Below, piece after piece: positions 9,310-18,920 of a DNA stretch of 60,617 bases. A program made the translations under genes and the position numbers. This DNA is from an uncultured Lachnospiraceae bacterium (GTDB lineage: Bacteria > Bacillota > Clostridia > Lachnospirales > Lachnospiraceae): the NCBI GenBank assembly GCA_904420225.1, contig CAJFUP010000048.1:1-60617 (forward strand). The letters run 5' to 3'. The stretch's first letter is position 1. Every line of letters starts with the position of its first letter. The notes beneath the pieces are model-generated. The model worked only from the letters and a program-made list of their open reading frames with translations. It did no database searches and was not told the DNA's origin.

Positions 9310-11055
9310 ATGAAACTATTTAAAAAATTTATCCGATATTACCGTCCGTACCGGAAGGTTTTTTACCTGGATATGGTGTGTGCACTGGTGATCAGCGTCA
9401 TTGATCTGGCATTTCCCCAGATCCTCAATTATCTCAGCGATACGCTGTATCTCTCTGACAGACAGCAGATTTTAAACAGTCTGTTTCTGCTGGCCGCGGG
9501 ATTGGTGGTTATGTATGCCGTGAGGGCGGTGTGCAAATATTATGTGTCGGCCCAGGGCCATATCATGGGCTCCCATATGGAGCGGGATATGCGGCAGGAT
9601 TTGTTTGACCAGTATGAACGCCTGTCCTTTTCCTATTACGACAACAACAATACCGGCGAGATGATGAGCAAGCTGGTCAGCGATCTGTTTGATATCGCCG
9701 AATTTGCCCACCATGGTCCGGAAAATATCTTTATTTCGCTGCTGAAGATTATCGGATCTTTTGTGCTGCTGTGCTGGATCAATGTGCCGCTGACCATGCT
9801 GCTGATTGCGGTGACACTGGTGATGCTTTTGTTCTCCCTGCGCCAGAACAAACGGATGCAGGCCACATTCATGGACAACCGCCGTAAGATCGCAGGGGTC
9901 AATGCGGCTCTTCAGGATACGCTGGCGGGGATCCGAGTGGTGAAATCCTTCACCAACGAAGAGGTGGAACGGGAGAAATTCGCTGACAGCAATGAAAAAT
10001 TTCTTCAGAGCAAAAAGGATAATTACCACTGCATGGGCCGGTTCCAGGGAGGAAACAATTTCTTCCAGGGTCTGCTGTACGTCACCATCCTGGTGGGCGG
10101 CGGTTTTTTCATCGCCAACGGCTCGCTGGAACCCATTGCCCTGGCCACATATGCCCTTTATATTAATATTTTCATCACTCCCATTGAAGTGCTGGTGGAG
10201 TTTACGGAAATGCTTCAAAAAGGCTTTTCCGGATTCAAGCGGTTCAATGAGGTCATGGAAACCAAAGTGGATGTGCACGATGAGCCGGGATGCGTGGATT
10301 TGAAGGATGTGGACGGAGTAATCGACTACAAAGATGTCAGCTTCAGCTACGACGGCAATGAGACGGTTTTGGATCACATCAATATCCACATCGAGGCGGG
10401 ACGATCCATCGCCCTGGTGGGCCCCAGCGGCGGGGGCAAGACCACCATCTGTTCTCTGCTGCCCCGATTTTATGATGTGACCGGCGGCAGCGTCCAAATC
10501 GATGGCAGAGATATCCGGGGCTTTACGCTGAAATCTCTGCGCCAGGCCATCGGCATTGTACAGCAGGATGTGTATTTGTTTACGGGGACTATCCGGGACA
10601 ATATCGCCTACGGAAACAGGAAAGCCAGCCAGGAAGAGATCGTGGAAGCCGCCAAAAAGGCCAATATTCATGATTTTATCATGAGCCTTCCGGATCAGTA
10701 CGATACGTATGTGGGCGAGCGGGGAACCCGTCTCAGCGGCGGACAGAAGCAGAGGATCTCCATTGCCCGTATTTTTCTGAAGAACCCCAAAATCCTTATT
10801 TTGGATGAAGCCACCAGTGCCCTGGACAATGAGAGTGAGCGCCATATTCAGAAAAGCCTGGAGGAACTGGCCAAAAACCGGACTTGCATCACCATCGCTC
10901 ACCGTCTGTCCACCATCCGCAATGCCGATGAGATCATTGTCATCGGTGAGCATGGCATTGAGGAGAGGGGAACACACCAGCAGCTGCTGGAGAGAAATAA
11001 TATCTATGCCAGGTATTACCGTCTCCAGTTTGAAGGGCTGGAGGACAGCAAATAA
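9310..11055 (+). CDS. ABC exporter, fused permease and ATP-binding domains
   Basis: N-terminal TM bundle; Walker A GPSGGGKT, LSGGQKQR signature, ILDEATSALD Walker B. Confidence 0.95.
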   Translation: MKLFKKFIRYYRPYRKVFYLDMVCALVISVIDLAFPQILNYLSDTLYLSDRQQILNSLFLLAAGLVVMYAVRAVCKYYVSAQGHIMGSHMERDMRQDLFDQYERLSFSYYDNNNTGEMMSKLVSDLFDIAEFAHHGPENIFISLLKIIGSFVLLCWINVPLTMLLIAVTLVMLLFSLRQNKRMQATFMDNRRKIAGVNAALQDTLAGIRVVKSFTNEEVEREKFADSNEKFLQSKKDNYHCMGRFQGGNNFFQGLLYVTILVGGGFFIANGSLEPIALATYALYINIFITPIEVLVEFTEMLQKGFSGFKRFNEVMETKVDVHDEPGCVDLKDVDGVIDYKDVSFSYDGNETVLDHINIHIEAGRSIALVGPSGGGKTTICSLLPRFYDVTGGSVQIDGRDIRGFTLKSLRQAIGIVQQDVYLFTGTIRDNIAYGNRKASQEEIVEAAKKANIHDFIMSLPDQYDTYVGERGTRLSGGQKQRISIARIFLKNPKILILDEATSALDNESERHIQKSLEELAKNRTCITIAHRLSTIRNADEIIVIGEHGIEERGTHQQLLERNNIYARYYRLQFEGLEDSK

Positions 11056-11133
11056 ATACATAGGAGATAGTCAATTGCTCTGAAAGATTGCGGGGCAGAC
11101 GTCTGACACAACCGAAAAATGAGGAGGATCGCC

Positions 11134-13818
11134 ATGGGATATATGGATTTGAGCGGAAGCTGGCGTTTTGAGACCGATGAGAAAGACAGGGGGATACAGG
11201 AACGGTATTATGAAAGACCACTGAGGCAGGAGGGATTTTGTCTCCCCGGTTCCGCCTGCCAGAATCATGTGGGAAAGAAGCAAGAGTATTATTCGGAGTT
11301 TTCCAAGGAGGCTGTACGGGCGCCCCGTGAGAGGTATGAGTATATCGGACCCCTGTGGCTGGAACGAGAGGTGGAGGTGCCGCAGGAAGCGGAGGGAAAA
11401 GCCATTTTTTTATTTCTGGAGCGAGTAAACGTGGCATCGGAACTGTGGCTGGATGGGAAACAGGTGGGCCGTCAGATTCTGGAGCTGTCGGCTCCCCATT
11501 GCTATGATTTGACAGGAGTGGTAACTGCCGGGAAACATCGGGTGACCCTCCGGTTGGACAATCGCAATCTTCTGAATCTGGGGGATATGGCCAGCGGCTA
11601 CAGCATTGATACCCAGGGATACTGGAATGGAGCCATTGGGGCGCTGCGCCTGGAGTGGAGGGAAATCTGTCATGTGGGAACGGTTCAGATTTATCCGGAA
11701 ACAAATGGGATCCGCGTTCATGTGACGGTTAAGAGCGACAGCTCTTATATGAACCGGCAGCAGGCCAGACTGACCCTGACGGTGACCGATCCGGACGGAC
11801 GAAAACTCCAGAGCCGGACATACGAAACCACGCTGTTCAACTCCGGTCAGGTGGAGCATCTCTTTTACGGAATGGATGCCATACGCTGGTGGGATGAGTT
11901 CCATCCAGACCTATATCGTCTGACCGTTTCCATAGACGCACATTCCACAGATACATCTGCTGGAAAAGCGCATTCTTTGGAACGTACTTCCACAGGGGAG
12001 GTGTGGAAACAGACGGATGAGCGCACGGTGACATTTGGCATGAGAAGAATCGCCAGGGAGGGGAGAAAGTTTTTGCTGAACGGAAAGCAGATTTCTCTCA
12101 GGGGAACCACGGACTGTGCCATCCATCCCATCACCGGCTATCCGCCCATGGATCTGGAAACGTGGAGAAACAAGATGCGGATTGTCAAGGAGTATGGTAT
12201 GAATCACGTTCGGTTCCACGCCTGGTGTCCTCCGGAATGCGCCTTCCAGGCAGCCGATGAGGCAGGTGTATATCTGTCTGTGGAGATGCCGTTCTGGCTC
12301 AACAAAGATGTGTGCCCTCTGGAAGCCGGAGACGACCCCATTCATCGGCCATATTTTACCCAGGAAGCCATCACCATTTCCAAGACATATGGCAATCACC
12401 CATCCTTTCTTTTATTTTCCAATGGAAATGAAATCATGGGCGATTTCGAGCTGCTGGAGGATCTCACCACCATGATGAAGGGGATGGATCCCAGGAGACT
12501 GTACACCCTCACATCCAATTTTGATCATCCTGTGGCGCCCTGTGAAGATTACTTCTGTGCTTTTGAGGCAGCAGGCCACAGGACGCGGATCCAGACGCTG
12601 CAGGATGAGGCGGCAGAGCATACCTGCCTGGACTATCGTGAAGCGGTGGAGGCTATTTCGGTTCCCGTCATGTCCTTTGAGGTGGGGCAGTACTGCCTGT
12701 ATCCCGATGTGGACGCCATCCAGCGGTATACGGGAAATATGCTCCCTGTCAATTTGGATGTGATCCGCAAATCCATGAAAGAAAACGGTATTTACGGAAA
12801 GAGAACATGGTATCAGGAAGCTTCCGGCAAGCTGGCGGTCAAGCTGTATAAAGAAGATATGGAATGCGCGCTGCGGACCAAGGATTTCGGCGGTATCGGT
12901 CTGCTGGCGCTGACGGATTACACGGGCCAGAGTACGGCCACAGTGGGGCTTTTGGATGCATTTTGGGAAAACAAGGGAATCATCACGCCGGAAGCATTCC
13001 GCCGCTTCTGCGGCCCGGTGGTGCCGTTGTGGAAGGCCAGGAGAGTGTATCTTCGGGAAGAAACCATTGAGGCAGAGCTGGATCTGTACCAGTTTGGGGA
13101 GACACCTGTGGAGAATCCGCTGTTCTGCCTGAAGGTGATGAACAAAGATACGGTATTTTATGAAATTCAAACCAGAGAAAGCCATGTATCCATCCCTCTT
13201 TCCTCTCTGAAAGAGTCGGTCATGCTGCAGGTGATCCTTACGGTGGAGGGATATACCAATGACTGGACGGTATTTGTGTATGCGGGATGTGACGGCGGGG
13301 AGACCATTCCCATGCTGCGGGGCGATTCCCAGGAATTGAAGGCCTTGATGGAGCAGGGAGGACGGGCCATGGTGGGACCGGAGGGACTGCGCCGTCCCAT
13401 GGAAGGCAGCTTTACACCGGTTTTCTGGTCTCCGGTACATTTCCCCACATCCCAGCCATGCGGAGCCATGATCCATGCCGATCACGCTGCGTTAAAGGGA
13501 TTTCCCACAGATCAATTTCTGGACTTCCAGTGGAAACACCTGATGGATCACTGTCAGGCAGCCGATGTGGGAGCGTTTCCGGAGTCATTTCGTCCAGTGG
13601 TGGAATTGGTGCCCAATTTTGTGGATAACCGTCCCTCATCGCCTCTATTTGCGGTAAAGGCAGGAAAGGCCGAAATTCTGTTTTGCGGGTTTGACCTGGA
13701 ACAGGAGGATCCAGCCACCCGGCAGCTGAAGGCCTGTCTGGCCCGGTATCTGCAATCCGGTGACTTTACAGCGGAGCAGGAAGTGGAGCCGGAAGTTTTT
13801 CTGGGGCTGTTCCAGTGA
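11134..13818 (+). CDS. Glycoside hydrolase family 2 protein (no signal peptide)
   Basis: DLSGSWRF, WLEREV...LFLERV, WWDEFHPDLY, FGMR, GMNHVRFH, NHPS...NGNE (acid/base) and SFE (candidate nucleophile). Confidence 0.9.
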   Translation: MGYMDLSGSWRFETDEKDRGIQERYYERPLRQEGFCLPGSACQNHVGKKQEYYSEFSKEAVRAPRERYEYIGPLWLEREVEVPQEAEGKAIFLFLERVNVASELWLDGKQVGRQILELSAPHCYDLTGVVTAGKHRVTLRLDNRNLLNLGDMASGYSIDTQGYWNGAIGALRLEWREICHVGTVQIYPETNGIRVHVTVKSDSSYMNRQQARLTLTVTDPDGRKLQSRTYETTLFNSGQVEHLFYGMDAIRWWDEFHPDLYRLTVSIDAHSTDTSAGKAHSLERTSTGEVWKQTDERTVTFGMRRIAREGRKFLLNGKQISLRGTTDCAIHPITGYPPMDLETWRNKMRIVKEYGMNHVRFHAWCPPECAFQAADEAGVYLSVEMPFWLNKDVCPLEAGDDPIHRPYFTQEAITISKTYGNHPSFLLFSNGNEIMGDFELLEDLTTMMKGMDPRRLYTLTSNFDHPVAPCEDYFCAFEAAGHRTRIQTLQDEAAEHTCLDYREAVEAISVPVMSFEVGQYCLYPDVDAIQRYTGNMLPVNLDVIRKSMKENGIYGKRTWYQEASGKLAVKLYKEDMECALRTKDFGGIGLLALTDYTGQSTATVGLLDAFWENKGIITPEAFRRFCGPVVPLWKARRVYLREETIEAELDLYQFGETPVENPLFCLKVMNKDTVFYEIQTRESHVSIPLSSLKESVMLQVILTVEGYTNDWTVFVYAGCDGGETIPMLRGDSQELKALMEQGGRAMVGPEGLRRPMEGSFTPVFWSPVHFPTSQPCGAMIHADHAALKGFPTDQFLDFQWKHLMDHCQAADVGAFPESFRPVVELVPNFVDNRPSSPLFAVKAGKAEILFCGFDLEQEDPATRQLKACLARYLQSGDFTAEQEVEPEVFLGLFQ

Positions 13819-13920
13819 GAACCGGCAATTGATGGGAATGGCAAGGTTATGGGGATAACGATTGTATCACCCATTGCTGGTGGCCTGGGGAGTGAATAGT
13901 AATTAATATTGAAATGATGC

Positions 13921-13981
13921 AGCGGCCGAGGAGGACGGTGCCTTTTCCAATGAGAAAGGACCCGCCCTCCTCGGCCGCTTT
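13921..13981 (+). terminator. Strong hairpin / terminator downstream of GH2
   Basis: 14-bp perfect arms AGCGGCCGAGGAGG / CCTCCTCGGCCGCT followed by a short T-run. Confidence 0.65.
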
Positions 13982-14166
13982 CAGCTTCCTCCATAATTCA
14001 GGGGATAAAATCCCATGAATCAAATGGGAAATTAAGGAGTTTGTGAAAAAAATGTCGGCAGATGGTAAGGTTTCCTCAATATCTTACGGAAGGTGAGATG
14101 GTATAATGCCATCAGGCATGATACCAAGGGAGAGTAAGGAATGCCGACAAAGGAAAGGATGAGAGC

Positions 14167-15426
14167 ATGAGAGGAAAGAAAAAAGCAGGGATGGTATTGG
14201 GGATTGGGATTTTGGCGGCGGGGGCTGCCTGTACCTGGTTTTGGATGAAAGGAAATACAAAAGGTCAGGACAAAGTATTCGTCAGCAGCTTGGCGGCGCT
14301 GCAGAGTATGGAGGGCAGCGGAACCGGCAATCGGTATGCCGGTGTGGTGGAGACACAGGATGTCTGGGAACTGCCTTTTCAAGAGGAGAAAAAAGTGGCG
14401 GAATGGTTTGTGGAAGAAGGGCAGGAAGTGGAACAGGGAACGGTGCTGTTTCGCTATGAAACAGGAAAAACAGAGGAAAACCTGGCCCAGGCACAGTTGG
14501 ATTTGGATACCATATCCAATGATAAAAAGAACTTAAACCAGCAGCTGGCCGCGCTGGACCAGGCCAAAAAAGAAGCGACCAAAGAAGAACAGGTTTCTTA
14601 TGATATTGAAATCTTAAATATCCAGTCTGGCTTGAAGGCAAAAGAACTGGAGGAAATCAATAAAGCGGCGGAAATTGCGGCATTTCAAACTGCCATCGCC
14701 GACGCATCGGTGAGCAGCCCCATGGGCGGCGTGGTAAAAGACATCAATCAAACCGGGGAAGAAAAAGGAGCGGACGGCACTCCGGCGCCTCTGATCTCTG
14801 TGGTGGGTACCGGCGGCCTGCGGGTTAAAGGAAGGATCAATGAGCTGAATGTGGCACAGATTTCTTTGGATACTCCGGTGCTGATTCGATCCAGAGCCGA
14901 TGCCAATGCCATATGGAAGGGGAACATCAGCGGAATTGATGGAAACAGCCCGTCCATATCCGGCGGTGATGGCGGTGATTCGGGTCAGGGCAGTACATGG
15001 TATCCTTTTTATGTGAAGCTGGAAAATGGAGAGGGACTGATGTTGGGTCAGCATGTGTATGTGGAACCAGACCTTGGCCAGGATGAGAGAAAAGAAGGGC
15101 TTTGGCTGGACGCTTATCTCATCGGAGAGCCGGATGGCAGCGCATACGTCTGGACGGACCGGGATGGCAGCCTGGAAAAGCGGGAAATTCGGCTGGGCCA
15201 GTACGACCCTGCCAGAGATCAGTACCTTGTGGCAGAGGGACTTGCCCTGACAGACTGGGTGACGTATCCGGAAGAGGAGCTGAGGGAAGGGATGGAAACG
15301 ATCAAGAGCCATTCCATGGAAATGGGAGTACAGACTTTGGCCGGGGAAGACGGTATTTCTCACCCGACGGATGCGCATGAACAGGGAGCCACGCCGGACG
15401 AAGCGGAGGAAGGAGAAACAGTATGA
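14167..15426 (+). CDS. Membrane-fusion (efflux adaptor, MacA/YknX-like) protein 1
   Basis: N-terminal TM anchor; FVEEGQEVEQGTVLF lipoyl-like half, coiled coil, VSSPMGGVV; first gene of the ABC operon. Confidence 0.85.
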   Translation: MRGKKKAGMVLGIGILAAGAACTWFWMKGNTKGQDKVFVSSLAALQSMEGSGTGNRYAGVVETQDVWELPFQEEKKVAEWFVEEGQEVEQGTVLFRYETGKTEENLAQAQLDLDTISNDKKNLNQQLAALDQAKKEATKEEQVSYDIEILNIQSGLKAKELEEINKAAEIAAFQTAIADASVSSPMGGVVKDINQTGEEKGADGTPAPLISVVGTGGLRVKGRINELNVAQISLDTPVLIRSRADANAIWKGNISGIDGNSPSISGGDGGDSGQGSTWYPFYVKLENGEGLMLGQHVYVEPDLGQDERKEGLWLDAYLIGEPDGSAYVWTDRDGSLEKREIRLGQYDPARDQYLVAEGLALTDWVTYPEEELREGMETIKSHSMEMGVQTLAGEDGISHPTDAHEQGATPDEAEEGETV

Positions 15427-16100
15427 TGCTGAACCTCAGTCATATATGCAAAGAATATGTACAAGGGAATATGCGGGTCCCGGTGCTGAAGGATATTTCA
15501 TTTTCCATGGAAGAGGGGGACTATGTGGCGGTCATGGGTCCTTCCGGGTCGGGAAAGACCACACTGATGAATATCATAGGATGCCTGGATCAGGCCACAT
15601 CGGGCCGATATCTGTTGGACGGCACCGATGTAAACCGGTGCCGGGAAAGGGAAATGGCTCAAATTCGCTTGAAAAAAATCGGGTTTGTATTTCAGAATTT
15701 CCAGCTGCTTCCCAGGCAGACCGCTCTGGAAAATGTGGAGCTACCGCTGATTTATGCCGGGGTGTCCAAAGGAGAGAGAAAAAGGAGAGCCCGAGAAGCC
15801 CTCTGCCGAGTGGGATTGGGAGAGCGGCTGCGGTTTTTGCCCGGCCAGCTGTCCGGTGGTCAGAAACAGCGGGTGGCCATTGCCAGAGCTCTGGTGAATC
15901 ATCCCAGGCTGATTTTGGCTGATGAGCCCACCGGAGCGCTGGATTCCCGTTCCGGAGAGCAGGTCATGGAGCTGTTTGAGCAGCTGAATCGGGAAGGCAC
16001 CAGTATCTTAATGATCACCCATGATGGGGAGGTGGCCTCCAGGGCCGGGCGATGCATTCGGATCCGGGACGGAAGACTGAGAGGAGGGGAAACGCCATGA
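15423..16100 (+). CDS. MacB/LolD-like ABC ATP-binding protein
   Basis: GPSGSGKT, IGFVFQNFQL, LSGGQKQRVAIARAL, LADEPTGALD. Confidence 0.97.
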   Translation: MMLNLSHICKEYVQGNMRVPVLKDISFSMEEGDYVAVMGPSGSGKTTLMNIIGCLDQATSGRYLLDGTDVNRCREREMAQIRLKKIGFVFQNFQLLPRQTALENVELPLIYAGVSKGERKRRAREALCRVGLGERLRFLPGQLSGGQKQRVAIARALVNHPRLILADEPTGALDSRSGEQVMELFEQLNREGTSILMITHDGEVASRAGRCIRIRDGRLRGGETP

Positions 16101-17605
16101 AAAAAAGAAGGAATCTCGCGGTTCTTGCCGCCGGTGTCCTGTGGATCAGCGGCATGTTGGGAGCATGCGGGACAGGGGAGGCCGTTCCGGTGATGCCGGT
16201 GGAGGAATTGAACGGAGGCGGCTATGAAAAAACGGTAACCATAAACGCTCGTGTCACCGACGAGGCAGCGCAAGCCATTTATCTCACCGACCGCAAAAAA
16301 ATTGAGGAAATCCATGTGCAGCCGGGGGAAACCGTCCACAAAGGACAGGTTCTCCTATCCTATGACAAACAATCAGTGGCCCTTGAAATGGAAGCCAAGG
16401 AGTTGGAATATGAAAGTATCCGGCTTCAGCTGGAAAAATGCCGCAGTGATCTGGAACAGCTGGGGAGGGGAGTGATTCCACCGGAAGTGATCATAAGGCG
16501 GGAGACCGCCACAGTCAAGGGAAGACAGAAAATAAATTCGGGCCACGAGACGATGCAAGATCCGACGTTGGAGATGCCGGGAGAGCCGACGGCATCGGAA
16601 GGCTGGGATGCGCAGGAGACCTTGGAAATGCCGGAGAGCGGCGGGGAAGCATATCCGGACCAGACATCTGGGGAAACTGCGGCTGAAAGCACCGTCGCCA
16701 ATGGGGAAACCATTTTTCCCGGCGCAGAGGAACCCTGGGAGGAAGAAGAAAATATCTGTGGGGAATTGGAGCAGGAGAGAGAAGAGAATGAAGACAAAGA
16801 TGAAAGCCCATGGGACAGTGAGGAGATTGAGGAGGATATGGACGCGAGTATGGATCCGGATCAGCTGAAGAAGGAAATCGCTTCCAGAACAGCGGAGACA
16901 GAAAAAGAAACGCGCAGTCTGGAACTGAAACTGCGTCAAGCGGAGCTGGACCGCAAGCGGTTGAGAGAAGAGTGGGAACAGAGCGCGGTGGTCAGCACTC
17001 TGGAGGGCGTGGTAAAAACAGTGAAGGATCCAAGGACGGAAACGGTCGCCCCGTCGGAGCCTGTTGTGCAGGTGGTCGGCCAGCAAGGATTGTATCTGGT
17101 GGGACAATGTCCGGAAACTCTTTTGGGCCAACTACGCATCGGCGATTGGATTTCCGGATATTCCTACGACAGCGGCCTTTCGTTTCAGGCGGAAGTCCAG
17201 CAGATCAGTCCGTTTCCGTCCGATACATCGCCGGAATACAGCCAGGAAGAAGGCTCTTTCTATCCGATGACTGCTTTCTTGGAAGAGGACAGCGGACTGA
17301 AAAAGGATGAATGGGTGGAGCTGACGGTGGAGATGGGAGAAAGCGGGGCAGAAGGAATCCGCCTGAACCAGGCGTTTATCAGAAGAGAAAATGGGAACGA
17401 TTATGTCATGAAGCGGGGAGCAGACGGCCTTTTGGTGCGGCAAACTGTGGAACTGGGAAGCATCATGGGAGGCGATAGCTATGAGATCCTTCGAGGGCTT
17501 TCTTTGGAAGACAGTATTGCCTTTCCCTATGGAAAAGCAGTGAGGGAAGGGGCAAAAACACGGGAACAGTCGGCGGCAGAATTTTGGGAGGAAACCTATG
17601 ATTGA
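16097..17605 (+). CDS. Membrane-fusion (efflux adaptor) protein 2, probable lipoprotein with acidic insert
   Basis: MKKRR...GMLGAC lipobox; IHVQPGETVHKGQVLL and VVSTLEGVV motifs; Glu/Asp-rich low-complexity middle; ATGA overlap with the ATPase gene. Confidence 0.8.
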   Translation: MKKRRNLAVLAAGVLWISGMLGACGTGEAVPVMPVEELNGGGYEKTVTINARVTDEAAQAIYLTDRKKIEEIHVQPGETVHKGQVLLSYDKQSVALEMEAKELEYESIRLQLEKCRSDLEQLGRGVIPPEVIIRRETATVKGRQKINSGHETMQDPTLEMPGEPTASEGWDAQETLEMPESGGEAYPDQTSGETAAESTVANGETIFPGAEEPWEEEENICGELEQEREENEDKDESPWDSEEIEEDMDASMDPDQLKKEIASRTAETEKETRSLELKLRQAELDRKRLREEWEQSAVVSTLEGVVKTVKDPRTETVAPSEPVVQVVGQQGLYLVGQCPETLLGQLRIGDWISGYSYDSGLSFQAEVQQISPFPSDTSPEYSQEEGSFYPMTAFLEEDSGLKKDEWVELTVEMGESGAEGIRLNQAFIRRENGNDYVMKRGADGLLVRQTVELGSIMGGDSYEILRGLSLEDSIAFPYGKAVREGAKTREQSAAEFWEETYD

Positions 17606-18836
17606 AAATATCCGGTTGTCATTTCGAGGTATATGGTCCCATAAGATGCGGTCCTTTTTGACCATACTGGGGATCATCATTGGCATCGCATCCATCATAT
17701 CCATTGTATCCACCATCCGGGGAACCAATGAACTGATCAAAAACAATCTGGTGGGAGCGGGGGATAATAGCATTCAAGTGAAATTGTATCAGGGAGACGT
17801 GGAATATTATCTGGAAGGCGGGACGCCTCCAGGCATCGTTCCCCTTTCTCAGCAGCAAAAGGAATCGGTGAGAAATCTGGAGACAGTGAAATCCGCATCT
17901 TTTTACAGAAGCCGATCGTATGTCTCTGTTCGGGGGAATCAAAGGACCTTTGATGCCAATGTCATCGGTACCGATTCCTCTTATCTGCAAACCTGCGGGT
18001 ACCGGCTCATCCAGGGAAGAAATTTGGTGGACAGCGGTACCTTTCAAAAAACGGCCCTGCTGGACCTGGCGGCAGCCAGAAGCCTGTTTGGAGGAGAGGA
18101 TGTACTGGGCAGCACCATAGAAATCAAAGGGGAGCCCTTCATTGTCACCGGCATATTTGAAAAACAGGAAAAGAATGGGCCGGTCATCCAATCCATGAAA
18201 GAATACCTCATGTATAAACAGGAAACATGGACAGGGCTGGTGCTGATTCCTTCGGAAGACTGGCCCATTCTGTATGAATTTGACGAGGCGGAAAATGCCG
18301 TTATCCGAGCCGTGGGCACCGAACAGATGACCGATGCGGGAAAACAGACGGCGGAACTGATGAACCAGTCTGTAAAGGGAGAGAATGGATTTTCCTACCA
18401 GGCAGATGATCTTTTGAAAAAAGCCAGGGATCTGCAGGCGGTGGGGGAAAATACCAACCGGCAGCTGCTGTGGATAGCCGGTATTTCCCTGCTGGTGGGA
18501 GGCATCGGAGTCATGAATATTATGCTGGTTTCCGTGACGGAGCGGACCAGGGAAATCGGTCTGAAAAAAGCCATTGGCGCCAGAAAGAGAGCCATTCTGG
18601 CCCAGTTTCTTACAGAAGCAGCTGTGCTTACAAGCATGGGAGGGATTCTGGGAACGGCGGGAGGTATCGGTGCGTCCCGGATTATTGCCGGGATCACCCA
18701 GACTCCCGTCAGCATCAGTATCCCGGCCTGCGGGGCAGCGGTGCTGTTTTCCATGGGAATCGGAATTATATTCGGCCTTCTTCCCTCCATGAAAGCTGCA
18801 CAGATGAGTCCCATTGAAGCGCTGCGGCATGAATAA
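17598..18836 (+). CDS. MacB/FtsX-family ABC permease
   Basis: RSFLTILGIIIGIASII, ISLLVGGIGVMNIMLVSVTERTREIGLKKAIGA and PIEALR motifs. Confidence 0.95.
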   Translation: MIENIRLSFRGIWSHKMRSFLTILGIIIGIASIISIVSTIRGTNELIKNNLVGAGDNSIQVKLYQGDVEYYLEGGTPPGIVPLSQQQKESVRNLETVKSASFYRSRSYVSVRGNQRTFDANVIGTDSSYLQTCGYRLIQGRNLVDSGTFQKTALLDLAAARSLFGGEDVLGSTIEIKGEPFIVTGIFEKQEKNGPVIQSMKEYLMYKQETWTGLVLIPSEDWPILYEFDEAENAVIRAVGTEQMTDAGKQTAELMNQSVKGENGFSYQADDLLKKARDLQAVGENTNRQLLWIAGISLLVGGIGVMNIMLVSVTERTREIGLKKAIGARKRAILAQFLTEAAVLTSMGGILGTAGGIGASRIIAGITQTPVSISIPACGAAVLFSMGIGIIFGLLPSMKAAQMSPIEALRHE

Positions 18837-18920
18837 AACCGGTGCTGTGTTCTATCTTCATGCCGCTATGAAATGTCTGGATTTTTTATGTTGTATTGTC
18901 CGTTCGTCTGTTTCTGGTTA

